56,412 bases of DNA from Gemmatimonadota bacterium (GTDB taxonomy: Bacteria; Latescibacterota; UBA2968; UBA8231), in the NCBI GenBank assembly GCA_038153405.1, contig JAYOYH010000030.1, forward strand, positions 1 to 56,412, in the 5' to 3' direction. Positions within the stretch are counted from its first letter, which is position 1. Every line of letters begins with the position of its first letter. Positions 1-8,051 of this stretch are shown in pieces. A program made the position numbers and the translations under genes. The notes beneath the pieces were generated by a model that was not told the origin of the DNA, searched no databases, and saw only the letters and a list, made by a program, of their open reading frames with translations.

Positions 1-304
1 CCAGCGCCTTGCCCATGATGTCGTAGAGCGCGATATCGATGGCCGAAATCGCCGCGGTGAGCACGCGCCCCCCTTCGAAATACTGGCTGCGGTACATCTC
101 TTGCCACAGCGCGCCGACCTGGCGCGGATCGCGGCCGAGTAAAAATTCGCGATAGTGCTTGACCGCTTCGGCTACGGCCAGTTCGCGCCCCGACAGGCCC
201 GATTCGCCCCAGCCATAATAGCCGTCGTCGGTCTCCACTTTGACGATGAGCTGGTTGCGACTGCCCACCCAAGTGGGAAAGACTTTGACATCGCTGATTT
301 TCAT
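1..304 (-). CDS. Mandelate racemase/muconate lactonizing enzyme family (galactonate dehydratase-like); runs off the window start, 5' part only
   Basis: Not in the ORF track. Manual translation from ATG at 304 (GGAG upstream): MKISDVKVFPTWVGSRNQLIVKVETDDGYYGWGESG...LLGRDPRQVGALWQEMYRSQYFEGGRVLTAAISAIDIALYDIMGKAL, a typical MR/MLE N-terminal capping domain. Confidence 0.9.
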   Translation of the reverse strand, partial: MKISDVKVFPTWVGSRNQLIVKVETDDGYYGWGESGLSGRELAVAEAVKHYREFLLGRDPRQVGALWQEMYRSQYFEGGRVLTAAISAIDIALYDIMGKAL

Positions 305-371
305 GGTTGCACTCCGTTGTAAAGAAGGGATACTCTCTTATCCACAAGTCGTTGCGAGAGCCGGTGGCCAT

Positions 372-533
372 ATGAAAAAGCCGCGCAAAGAACACCTACC
401 CGAAAAACTGTGCACCGTCTGCCAGCGCCCCTTCCGCTGGCGGCGAAAGTGGGCCCGCGTCTGGGACGAGGTGCGCTACTGCAGCGAGCGCTGTCGCCGT
501 CAGTCGCGCAGCAACTCGAGCAACGCCTCGTAA
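372..533 (+). CDS. DUF2256 family small Cys-rich protein
   Basis: MKKPRKEHLPEKLCTVCQRPFRWRRKWARVWDEVRYCSERCRR matches the DUF2256 pattern LPxKxCxxCxRPFxWRKKW...YCSxRCR; its 3' end overlaps the convergent gene by 34 nt. Confidence 0.85.
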   Translation: MKKPRKEHLPEKLCTVCQRPFRWRRKWARVWDEVRYCSERCRRQSRSNSSNAS

Positions 534-1306
534 ATACCCGGCGCTGCGACCACCAGATCCTGACCCCACAGCTCGTTGGCCTGACCTTCGGGCACGTCGC
601 CCACGTGGCCAACACAGGCACCCGCCTCGCGTGCAATCAGCGCCGCGGCGGCAAAGTCCCACGGATTAATGGTTTCGTAATAGCCATCTAAACGCCCCAT
701 CGCCACCCAGCAAATATCGGCAGCAGCCGAGCCGATACGGCGGATATCGCGACATGCGTAGAGCACCTTGCGCAGGCGCTCGAGCAAGGCCACCCGCCCC
801 TCGCGGTCGTAGGGAAAGCCCGTGCCAATCAGCGCACGCGCCAGTTGGCCGCAGTCGCTGGCGCGGATCGGCAATCCGTTGAGCTGAGCTCCCCCGCCGC
901 GCACCGCGCTAAAGGTTTCGCCCTGGAAAGGACAGTGCACCACGCCGGCGCGCACCTGCCCCCGATTGGCAAAGGCAATGGAGATGGCAACCTGATGCTG
1001 GTTGTAGGCGTAGTTCACCGTACCGTCGATCGGATCGATAATCCACAGTGGTCCGTTCAACGCCTCGGCATCGGACAGATTTGGCGACGATTCTTCCGAC
1101 AGGATGGCGTGCTCTGGATAGGCCGACTCAACGCGCGAGCGGATCAGCGCATCGGCATTCAAATCGGCCGAGGTCAGCAGCTCAACGCCCTCTTTGTAGC
1201 TCAGCGTCAGCGAGTGCGACCGGCGCGCTTCGGCAATGCCTTCGCCGGCGCGGTGCGCCAACTCGGTGGCAAAGCGTAGGATGTCCGCTTCGTCTCCCCC
1301 GCTCAT
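500..1306 (-). CDS. suhB: Inositol monophosphatase family protein (SuhB-like)
   Basis: Motifs ILSEE, WIIDPIDGTVNY, RRIGSAAADICWVAMG and NPWDFAAA. Confidence 0.88.
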   Translation of the reverse strand: MSGGDEADILRFATELAHRAGEGIAEARRSHSLTLSYKEGVELLTSADLNADALIRSRVESAYPEHAILSEESSPNLSDAEALNGPLWIIDPIDGTVNYAYNQHQVAISIAFANRGQVRAGVVHCPFQGETFSAVRGGGAQLNGLPIRASDCGQLARALIGTGFPYDREGRVALLERLRKVLYACRDIRRIGSAAADICWVAMGRLDGYYETINPWDFAAAALIAREAGACVGHVGDVPEGQANELWGQDLVVAAPGIYEALLELLRD

Positions 1307-2439
1307 TTCTGCAGCCGAATCTCCATCGGGTATACGGACAAATTCTCCGGGCCCGACTCGGTGATCAAATACATATTCTCCAAGCGCACGCCGGCGCGCG
1401 CCTCGGCTATGTAGGAGCCCGGCTCAATCGACACGACGTTGCCCACCTGAAAAATGCCGCCCCGGGTGGCGTTCACATCGGGCATCTGGTGTGCGCGCAG
1501 CCCAATGGTGTGCCCGCCGTGGTGCCCGAGCCCGGCATCCTTGAGGGCGGGATGCTCGCGAATATAGGCGTCCATCGCCTTGGCGCAGTCGCGGCTATCT
1601 TTGCCCGGCTGCAAATACTCGCCGATCCGATCGTGGAAGGCGCGCAGATGCTCGTAAATCGACTCCTGTAGCTCGGTTGGCTCGCCGACGGCAAAGGTGC
1701 GACACAGATCGGACCAGTAGCCGCGATAGATTGCCCACGCGTCGATTATATAGAGCTCGCCCTCTTTGATGCGGCGGTCGCGGGCAAAGCCGCCCAGCTG
1801 ACCGCACTGGTAGTCGCCGTCGTGAAAGACTTTTTCCCCGGCGGCCAGGTGTGCCGCCTGCTGCGCCGCGCCGAGCACTTCTAACTCGTTTACTCCCGGA
1901 GCAATGGCCTTTTGCGCGGCCGTATAGGCGGCCAGATCGACTTCGATTGCCTTGCGGATCAGGGCAATTTCGTCGTCGTCTTTAACCTCCTGCATCTGAT
2001 GCAACCCCTCGTCCATATCGATCCATTCGGGAGCAGAACCCAGCCCCTGCTCGATATAGTCGGCCAGCAGCTTGGGCATAAACTCGCGCTGATAGCCGAC
2101 GCGCGCAGCGGCGCTCTTATGCGCCTGCAGACGCTCGACCACCAGTTCGCCCACCTGCGTGCGCATGTGGGGATTGATCGTGCCGCCAACGCTACAGACA
2201 TAGGTGTAACAGGCATCGACCAGCGGCTCGCCCGCATCGCTGTGGGCGACCATCCAGCTCGCGCCGTCCGCCTCAATCCACAGCAGCACCGGCTGCCCGG
2301 GGAATTGCTCGGGAAAGAGCACGCCCGTGAAGTAGTATACTTCCAGTGGGTGAACAATGGCGATCGCATCGATCTTGGCATCGCTCATTTGCCGCCGCAG
2401 TCGGTCCTTACGCGCGCGACATCCTTCCTTTGTCAGCAT
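1303..2439 (-). CDS. Xaa-Pro peptidase family (M24) protein
   Basis: Creatinase-like N-domain plus the M24 metal ligands (D...YWSDLCRT, GHTIGLRAH, IEPG, GVRLEN); 4-nt overlap with the suhB-like gene. Confidence 0.85.
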   Translation of the reverse strand: MLTKEGCRARKDRLRRQMSDAKIDAIAIVHPLEVYYFTGVLFPEQFPGQPVLLWIEADGASWMVAHSDAGEPLVDACYTYVCSVGGTINPHMRTQVGELVVERLQAHKSAAARVGYQREFMPKLLADYIEQGLGSAPEWIDMDEGLHQMQEVKDDDEIALIRKAIEVDLAAYTAAQKAIAPGVNELEVLGAAQQAAHLAAGEKVFHDGDYQCGQLGGFARDRRIKEGELYIIDAWAIYRGYWSDLCRTFAVGEPTELQESIYEHLRAFHDRIGEYLQPGKDSRDCAKAMDAYIREHPALKDAGLGHHGGHTIGLRAHQMPDVNATRGGIFQVGNVVSIEPGSYIAEARAGVRLENMYLITESGPENLSVYPMEIRLQK

Positions 2440-2542
2440 ATACGAGTCTCCTATAATGGGTTATGGCACGATGTGGGGGCGGGGGTATTGCTCTGTCATA
2501 ACACAACACATGCCACCGGCGCACTCTCACCTGACATGGCAC

Positions 2543-2875
2543 TCACTCAGCCGGCTCGACAGCGGCCGACATCGACCCCTTGCTTCTGGGCAGGCGCCAA
2601 TCTGCCCCATAGTCGTGAATCTGTCCGCGCTTAAACTCGGCCTGTTCCCTGTTGGTCGTATACACAACCGAGCGACCCCGACTATCGACCTCGCGCGCCA
2701 TGCGCCAAGCCATCGTGCGCGGATGGCAAAAGAGCTTGCAGAGCATTTCCACCACGTACTCGTAAGTGTGGTCGTTATCGTCGAGCAACACGACGTGGAA
2801 ACGGGGTATGAGCTTGGACAGCGCCTCGCTGTCGACGGCTTCTTCCGTTGCTGTATCGGCAGATGCATGTGTCAT
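2543..2875 (-). CDS. clpS: ATP-dependent Clp protease adaptor ClpS
   Basis: C-terminal 110 aa of the 2543..3547 ORF: PRFHVVLLDDNDHTYEYVVEML...AREVDSRGRSVV; start reassigned to the ATG at 2875. Confidence 0.88.
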   Translation of the reverse strand: MTHASADTATEEAVDSEALSKLIPRFHVVLLDDNDHTYEYVVEMLCKLFCHPRTMAWRMAREVDSRGRSVVYTTNREQAEFKRGQIHDYGADWRLPRSKGSMSAAVEPAE

Positions 2876-2972
2876 ATATATGGATGACGTCCCTGCGCCG
2901 TTAAAATTTGACATCAACATACCAAATGCCCCGCGCGCTGAAAAGAGTGGAGCGCGATTTGCGGGCAACCGG

Positions 2973-3002
2973 TTGACTCCCCCCCCCCTAATTGTATATG
3001 TT
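2973..3002 (+). promoter_or_regulatory. Putative sigma70 promoter for the Hpt gene with a poly-C(10) tract in the spacer
   Basis: TTGACT (2973-2978), an 18-nt spacer containing C10 (2979-2988), then TATGTT (2997-3002). Confidence 0.5.
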
Positions 3003-3076
3003 AAGCGGCGTTCACATGTTCGCGCGCACATACCCTGTGCTCTGGTACGCGCTCGACAAATAGGAAGATTGGGTCC

Positions 3077-3439
3077 ATGGGCGAACAGAATACCCCCTCC
3101 ACCGCAATCAACATCGATGAGCTGAGCGAACGCCTCGGTGGTGATAACGAGCTGTTGAGCCAAGTAATCGCGCTGTTTGAGGACTCTTACCCACAGCTGC
3201 TCAACGAGATAGACGAGGCCATTCTCCATCGCGATGCCGAAGGCCTGCGCCGCAGCGCGCATACGCTTAAGGGCATGGTGTCCAATCTCGGGGCGCAAAC
3301 ACTGGCGCAAGCGGCCTACGAGCTGGAAGAGATGGGGCAGAAAGCGATTTTTGACGGCATTGAACTCAAGACAGACAGCCTCAAAAAGCTGGTGAGCCAG
3401 TTTCGCACAGCGCTGCGCGAGGTGCGCTTCCCCGACTAA
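3077..3439 (+). CDS. Stand-alone Hpt (histidine phosphotransfer) protein
   Basis: LRRSAHTLKGMVSNLGA Hpt motif; all-helical, 120 aa. Confidence 0.9.
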   Translation: MGEQNTPSTAINIDELSERLGGDNELLSQVIALFEDSYPQLLNEIDEAILHRDAEGLRRSAHTLKGMVSNLGAQTLAQAAYELEEMGQKAIFDGIELKTDSLKKLVSQFRTALREVRFPD

Positions 3440-3627
3440 TCGAGTTATCCCCTCTCGTCTGATCAAACCCATCCTCGCCCAATCCGTGCTCTGCCTCCCC
3501 CGATCGATCCGCCCACAAGCCGTTTTATCGCCATGGCATCCCCGCACTCGGCCCGATTAATACCCGCTGTATTCAATGGCACACCAGACCTATATTCTGA
3601 GTCCCCTTGCCATAGAAAGGATGCCCC

Positions 3628-4497
3628 ATGATACCCCTGGTAAGTTCCCTGTGCACCGGCCCGCTGGGTGCGGCCCACCTACCGCGCCTATGGTGGAAAA
3701 ACCTGCTCTACGCCTGCGGGCAGCTCGATGCAAACTATCCGCACTGCACCGGCGGTCTCGACCTCAACGTCATAGAGCTGCTACAGCTCAATCGCGATGC
3801 GACGCTGGCCTTTCTCCACGGAGAAAAGCCCGATTATCTGCAGTTTGAAGAATGGGTCAAAGACAACGGGCGAGCGCACCCGGTGCACTTGGAACGGTGG
3901 AATAATACCCTGCACAAGCGCACGCATCTGATCGCCAAAATAGATGAGATATACGCCGATATCGGCTGGGACAAAGACGCGGAGACGGAGTCATCGGCAG
4001 CCCTGCTCAACTGCCTGCAGGACTGGCAGCTCTTTCATCGCGGCGATCTGCACGGCGACCTAGGCGCCGTTATGCCACCGATGCTGAGCAGCATTGATCG
4101 CGGACCACTGGGCATTTGCCAGCTGCCGCGCACCTGGCTCAAGACCTGCCTGCGCGCCAAAGGCCTGCTGCACGCCGACTATCCGGACTGCGCCGACGGT
4201 AGCCTCGACCAGCGCTGCCTGCACACGCTCGGCGTAGACCAAGAAGATACCCTAGCTTTTCTCCGCGAAAATCTACCGACCTATCTGGACTTTGAAGCAT
4301 GGGTGCGACAGCGGGCTACCGCCGATGCGGCAACCCTAGCGGAATTCAACGAGCGCCTGCTCACGCGCGAGCACATTCCGGCCAAATTGCTCGACATCCA
4401 CTCCACGCTGGGCCGCCAGCAAACGTGGACCTCGGGCGTATTGCTCAACCACTTGGAGGACTGGCACTACGCCCACGCTGCGCTGGTAAAAAATTAA
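3628..4497 (+). CDS. Hypothetical protein with two tandem DUF5069-like repeats
   Basis: Two homologous halves: GPLGAAHLPRLWWK...YPHC...LD...FEEWV and GPLGICQLPRTWLK...YPDC...LD...FEAWV; AAAGGA RBS. Confidence 0.65.
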   Translation: MIPLVSSLCTGPLGAAHLPRLWWKNLLYACGQLDANYPHCTGGLDLNVIELLQLNRDATLAFLHGEKPDYLQFEEWVKDNGRAHPVHLERWNNTLHKRTHLIAKIDEIYADIGWDKDAETESSAALLNCLQDWQLFHRGDLHGDLGAVMPPMLSSIDRGPLGICQLPRTWLKTCLRAKGLLHADYPDCADGSLDQRCLHTLGVDQEDTLAFLRENLPTYLDFEAWVRQRATADAATLAEFNERLLTREHIPAKLLDIHSTLGRQQTWTSGVLLNHLEDWHYAHAALVKN

Positions 4498-4552
4498 AAT
4501 AACCGCCGTCGGAATCGCTCGGAGGGTTTGCGATGGAGCGATCCGACGGCGG
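4488..4552 (-). terminator. Intrinsic terminator downstream of the ECF sigma gene (possibly bidirectional)
   Basis: Stem CCGCCGTCGGA(A)TCGCTC (4503-4520) / GAGCGATCCGACGGCGG (4536-4552), 17 bp with one bulge, followed on the minus strand by a T-rich run; lies between convergent genes. Confidence 0.7.
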
Positions 4553-4590
4553 CGGCCACGTGCGTCACGCATGTGCGCACGGCGTGTCAC

Positions 4591-5145
4591 TTAGGTGGGC
4601 AAAAGCCTCTTGTGGCGCCAGCGCGCCAACAGTCGCTGACGGCCTTTGCGCAAATAAATCTTTACCGAAGCGGCACTGACGCCCATGCAGACGCCGATCT
4701 GGTCGTAATTGCACTCTTCACCGTAGTACAGCTGGAGGGCGCGCCGCTCGTTGCTCGGCAACTCTTCCAAACACCGCTGCAGCATCTCGGCGCGCTGGTG
4801 GCGCTCGTAGGACATTTCCGGATTTTCCTGGAAGCGATACTGGCTGGCAATTACCTTGTCCTGCAGGCGCTGATGGCGCTGGTGCGTCCGTCCCCAAGAT
4901 ACGGCTGCGTTGGACGCGGCACGCCGCAGCCAAGCGGGAAAGAGCTGCACTTGACGCAAACCGCCGATTTGCTGAAAGGCCTTGCAAAATACGTCTTGCA
5001 CCAAATCGTCCACGTCATCGCTGTGCTGCAAACAGCGGCGTATCTCGCGGTATACGAGCGGCTTATAGCGCTCGGCCAGTTCGCCAAATGCCTCGGCATC
5101 ACCAACGCGCGCTCTATCGACTAAAACGGAGTCATGCGGCGACAT
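4591..5145 (-). CDS. ECF-type RNA polymerase sigma-70 factor
   Basis: Region 2 (GDAEAFGELAERY...DDVDDLVQDVF...FPAWLRRAASN) and region 4 (LEELPSNERRALQLYY...YDQIG...SVKIYLRKGRQRL); GAGGAG RBS. Confidence 0.9.
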   Translation of the reverse strand: MSPHDSVLVDRARVGDAEAFGELAERYKPLVYREIRRCLQHSDDVDDLVQDVFCKAFQQIGGLRQVQLFPAWLRRAASNAAVSWGRTHQRHQRLQDKVIASQYRFQENPEMSYERHQRAEMLQRCLEELPSNERRALQLYYGEECNYDQIGVCMGVSAASVKIYLRKGRQRLLARWRHKRLLPT

Positions 5146-5170
5146 ATGCGCCTTCTCCTCACTCGGTCAT

Positions 5171-5290
5171 GGTTAAGATAAATTACATAAAACAATACTT
5201 AAAAGTAGAATAACTATTTTATTAAAAATCTATTTATACCTATATTTGGGCGTCCTTTATTCTACTTAATGGGATAAGGTGATACCTGTC
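5171..5290. promoter_or_regulatory. AT-rich divergent promoter region with an inverted repeat
   Basis: Strongly AT-rich relative to the flanks; AAGTAGAATAA (5203-5213) and its exact reverse complement TTATTCTACTT (5257-5267); short palindrome AGGTgatACCT near 5278-5288. Confidence 0.55.
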
Positions 5291-5309
5291 AACAAGAAAG
5301 TCTCTTGCG

Positions 5310-6554
5310 ATGAAAAAACGCGTTGCCCAACCCGTATATCTGCAAATAGCGGACGATCTCCGCACCCGCATCCAATCCGAAGACTGGGGACCGGGCTCCA
5401 TGCTGCCGAGTCGAGCCGATTTGGCGCACGAGTACGGCGTCGCCCTGATGACGATTCAAAAGGCCATCCAGCCCCTACTCAAAGAAGGACTGCTCGTTGC
5501 CAGCCACCGCCGCGGCACCTTCGTCTCCGAATCGGCCCACGCCGTGTTCGATACGGACTCCGAAGCCGATGCGCGGATTGCCGACGGCGCTGGCGTAGAT
5601 GACACGCCGATCTTTGAAGCACCAATCGTTGGCATCATCGGTTCATTCCACATCGATATGGAAGACCAAGAAAACTGGGAAAACCTCGACTCGTGGTCGT
5701 CGCGCACGCTGCGCGGCTTTAACAGGGAAATAACGCAGCTCGGCGGCAGCGCCGAAGTCTTCAACCTACACGGCCAGCCGGAGAGCGAAGACGGGCCTAT
5801 TCTGGCGTGCGTCGAGCGCGCTATCAGCAGCGGCGCGCAGTGCCTGGTCTTTGTCGACATACGCGCTGGACACGACTATGGAAACCGCATCCCGCCGCTG
5901 ATGGAGCAGATCAGCTTGCCCTATGTCGTCGTTTCCGGCTCCAGCATGCAGGGATCGGCGCCGCGCATTTGCATCGACGAGTGTCAGGCCGGACGGGCCG
6001 CTGCCCATCACCTGCTTGAAGCGGGCTACCGGCGCATCGTCGCCATGCCGCTGTTCGACATGCCCTGGGAGCACCAGCGCCTACTCGGTGCCCAGCAGGT
6101 GGCAGGCCCCGCACTCATCCAGCCTTCCGAGAGAGATATTGACCTCCTGCGACCCGCCTATGGCAATTTTTGGAATCCCATCAAACCCGAACGCGCTCAG
6201 ATACACGCAGAAATTCTCGACCGCACAATCGACTTTGATGCGCTCAACCCGGGAGAGTGGGCCGTCCTCATGCCCAACGACCCGTCGGCCGTGCCCATTC
6301 ACGGCGTGCTGCAGGGCCTGGGCATCAAACCCGGACGCGACTTGGGGCTGATCGGTTTTGACGACCACTCCTATGCCAGCCTGCTCGGCATAACCAGCGT
6401 CGGCCAGCCCTTCACGCAAATCGGCGTTGCGGCCGCACGCCTCCTTTGCGAAGCTGTCCACTACGGACTCGACTCGGTGCAGGCCATCGTGCGCTGCCGA
6501 GTGGCTGCACGCGCTTCCACCCAGCGCCATCCGCGCGGCACCAAAAAGCCCTAG
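5310..6554 (+). CDS. GntR-HTH / LacI-type effector domain transcriptional regulator (AraR-like architecture)
   Basis: N-terminal PVYLQIADDLRTRI...LPSRADLAHEYGVALMTIQKAI...EGLL...RRGTFV; C-terminal periplasmic-binding-protein-like domain (DLGLIGFDD...ITSVGQP). Confidence 0.88.
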   Translation: MKKRVAQPVYLQIADDLRTRIQSEDWGPGSMLPSRADLAHEYGVALMTIQKAIQPLLKEGLLVASHRRGTFVSESAHAVFDTDSEADARIADGAGVDDTPIFEAPIVGIIGSFHIDMEDQENWENLDSWSSRTLRGFNREITQLGGSAEVFNLHGQPESEDGPILACVERAISSGAQCLVFVDIRAGHDYGNRIPPLMEQISLPYVVVSGSSMQGSAPRICIDECQAGRAAAHHLLEAGYRRIVAMPLFDMPWEHQRLLGAQQVAGPALIQPSERDIDLLRPAYGNFWNPIKPERAQIHAEILDRTIDFDALNPGEWAVLMPNDPSAVPIHGVLQGLGIKPGRDLGLIGFDDHSYASLLGITSVGQPFTQIGVAAARLLCEAVHYGLDSVQAIVRCRVAARASTQRHPRGTKKP

Positions 6555-6625
6555 GCGCCCCCATTGTCCGACGGCCCCCGTCCTCGATCTGCACTGCTAC
6601 CGCTACCGCGTCGACACAGTGCGCA

Positions 6626-8005
6626 ATGAGTGAAGCGCAAGGCGGCGATCGCCGCATTCTATTTGGCCTGATGCTGCCGGCCATGCTCATGCCCATGCTC
6701 TCTTCCATGTCGCGCGTATCCCTTCCCATCGTGCGCGATACATTTTCGCTTACCGCCGATGTCGCCGCGTGGATCGACGTGGGCTTTACCCTGCCTTTTA
6801 TGCTTTTTATGCCCGTATACGGGCGTCTGGGCGACGGGCTGGGCGCGCGACGCCTGCTGCTTTTTGGCATCTCTATTTTTGCGCTGGGCACCGCGCTAGT
6901 GCTGACGGCCGCGACGATGTCCCACCTACTAGTGGGCCGTGCTATTCAGGGTTTTGGACTGGCCGGCATGATGCCGTTGAGCATCGGCCTCATCGCCTCG
7001 CTCTTCCCCCCGCACACGCGCGGCCGCACGATGGGTACCTGGAGCACGGTCGGCCCAACTACGGGGTTTTTCGGACCGCTGGTCGCCGGTTTTCTCGTTG
7101 GGCTCTGGGGCTGGCACGCCGCCTTTGCCCCCCCGCTCGTCTGTGCTTTGGTAGCCTTTGCCGTAGTGTATCGCCTCATCCCTGCGCGCGTGCGCAGCGA
7201 GCAAACGAGCTCTTTTGCCTTCTTGCGCACCTTTGACTGGGGCGGCATGGTGCTGCTGGCGGCGGCCGCCAGCAGTTTGGTACTCTACTTATCGAGCCGT
7301 GCCATAACCGGCATCGCCCCACTACACGACGTGCGCCTAATCGCCGCTGCCCTCGCCTTCTTGGCGCTCTTCCTGTGGTGGGAAAGGAGGCGAAGCGATC
7401 CCTTTGTCGCACCGAGCCTCTTCGCTAATAGCACGTTTTTGCGCAGCACGTTCTGCGCGACCATGCGCATGGTTTCGATGGGCGGCATCGGCTTTTTAGT
7501 GCCGCTCTACTTGGTCGATATCAAGGGTATTCGACCGGCCGAACTGGGCGGCATGCTGATGATCGGTGCCGGCTCCATGGCCGTTGTCGTGCGCATCGCC
7601 GGTAGCCTGGCCGACCGCTGGAGCAGTCGCTGGCTAGTCGTCATCGGCTTGCTAGGCCAAACGGGGGTGCTGTTCGCATTTTCGCAGCTGCCCGCCAGCG
7701 CCAGCCTCTGGCATATCGGCGCGGCGCTCAGCGCGCACGGCCTTTCGGCCGGCTTTATGCTAGCCACGCTGCACAAAGTGGTCATGGGCGGTGTACAACA
7801 GGCCGAGACCGGCACGGCCGCCGGGCTCTACAGCATGTGTCGCTTTCTCGGCTCGGCTATTGGCACGGCACTAAGCGGCGTGCTATTGCAAGAACACCTC
7901 GACGCTGCGCTCGACCTGTTGAGCGCCTACCAACAGGTATTTTCGGTCATCGCCTTCTTTCCCGCACTCGGCATATTGATCGCACTCAGCCTGCGCGACG
8001 AGTAG
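6626..8005 (+). CDS. MFS transporter (DHA2-like)
   Basis: Multiple TM helices; motif A YGRLGDGLGARR, GRAIQGFG and GSLADRWSSR; start reassigned to ATG 6626. Confidence 0.88.
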   Translation: MSEAQGGDRRILFGLMLPAMLMPMLSSMSRVSLPIVRDTFSLTADVAAWIDVGFTLPFMLFMPVYGRLGDGLGARRLLLFGISIFALGTALVLTAATMSHLLVGRAIQGFGLAGMMPLSIGLIASLFPPHTRGRTMGTWSTVGPTTGFFGPLVAGFLVGLWGWHAAFAPPLVCALVAFAVVYRLIPARVRSEQTSSFAFLRTFDWGGMVLLAAAASSLVLYLSSRAITGIAPLHDVRLIAAALAFLALFLWWERRRSDPFVAPSLFANSTFLRSTFCATMRMVSMGGIGFLVPLYLVDIKGIRPAELGGMLMIGAGSMAVVVRIAGSLADRWSSRWLVVIGLLGQTGVLFAFSQLPASASLWHIGAALSAHGLSAGFMLATLHKVVMGGVQQAETGTAAGLYSMCRFLGSAIGTALSGVLLQEHLDAALDLLSAYQQVFSVIAFFPALGILIALSLRDE

Positions 8006-8051
8006 CGCATTGCGGTTGCGCGCACAGCCATTTGGCCGTATCCATACTCCC

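Noticed and set aside
338..346. Replication origin
   Set aside because: A single DnaA box in a 67-nt gap, with no box cluster, unwinding element or dnaA/dnaN nearby
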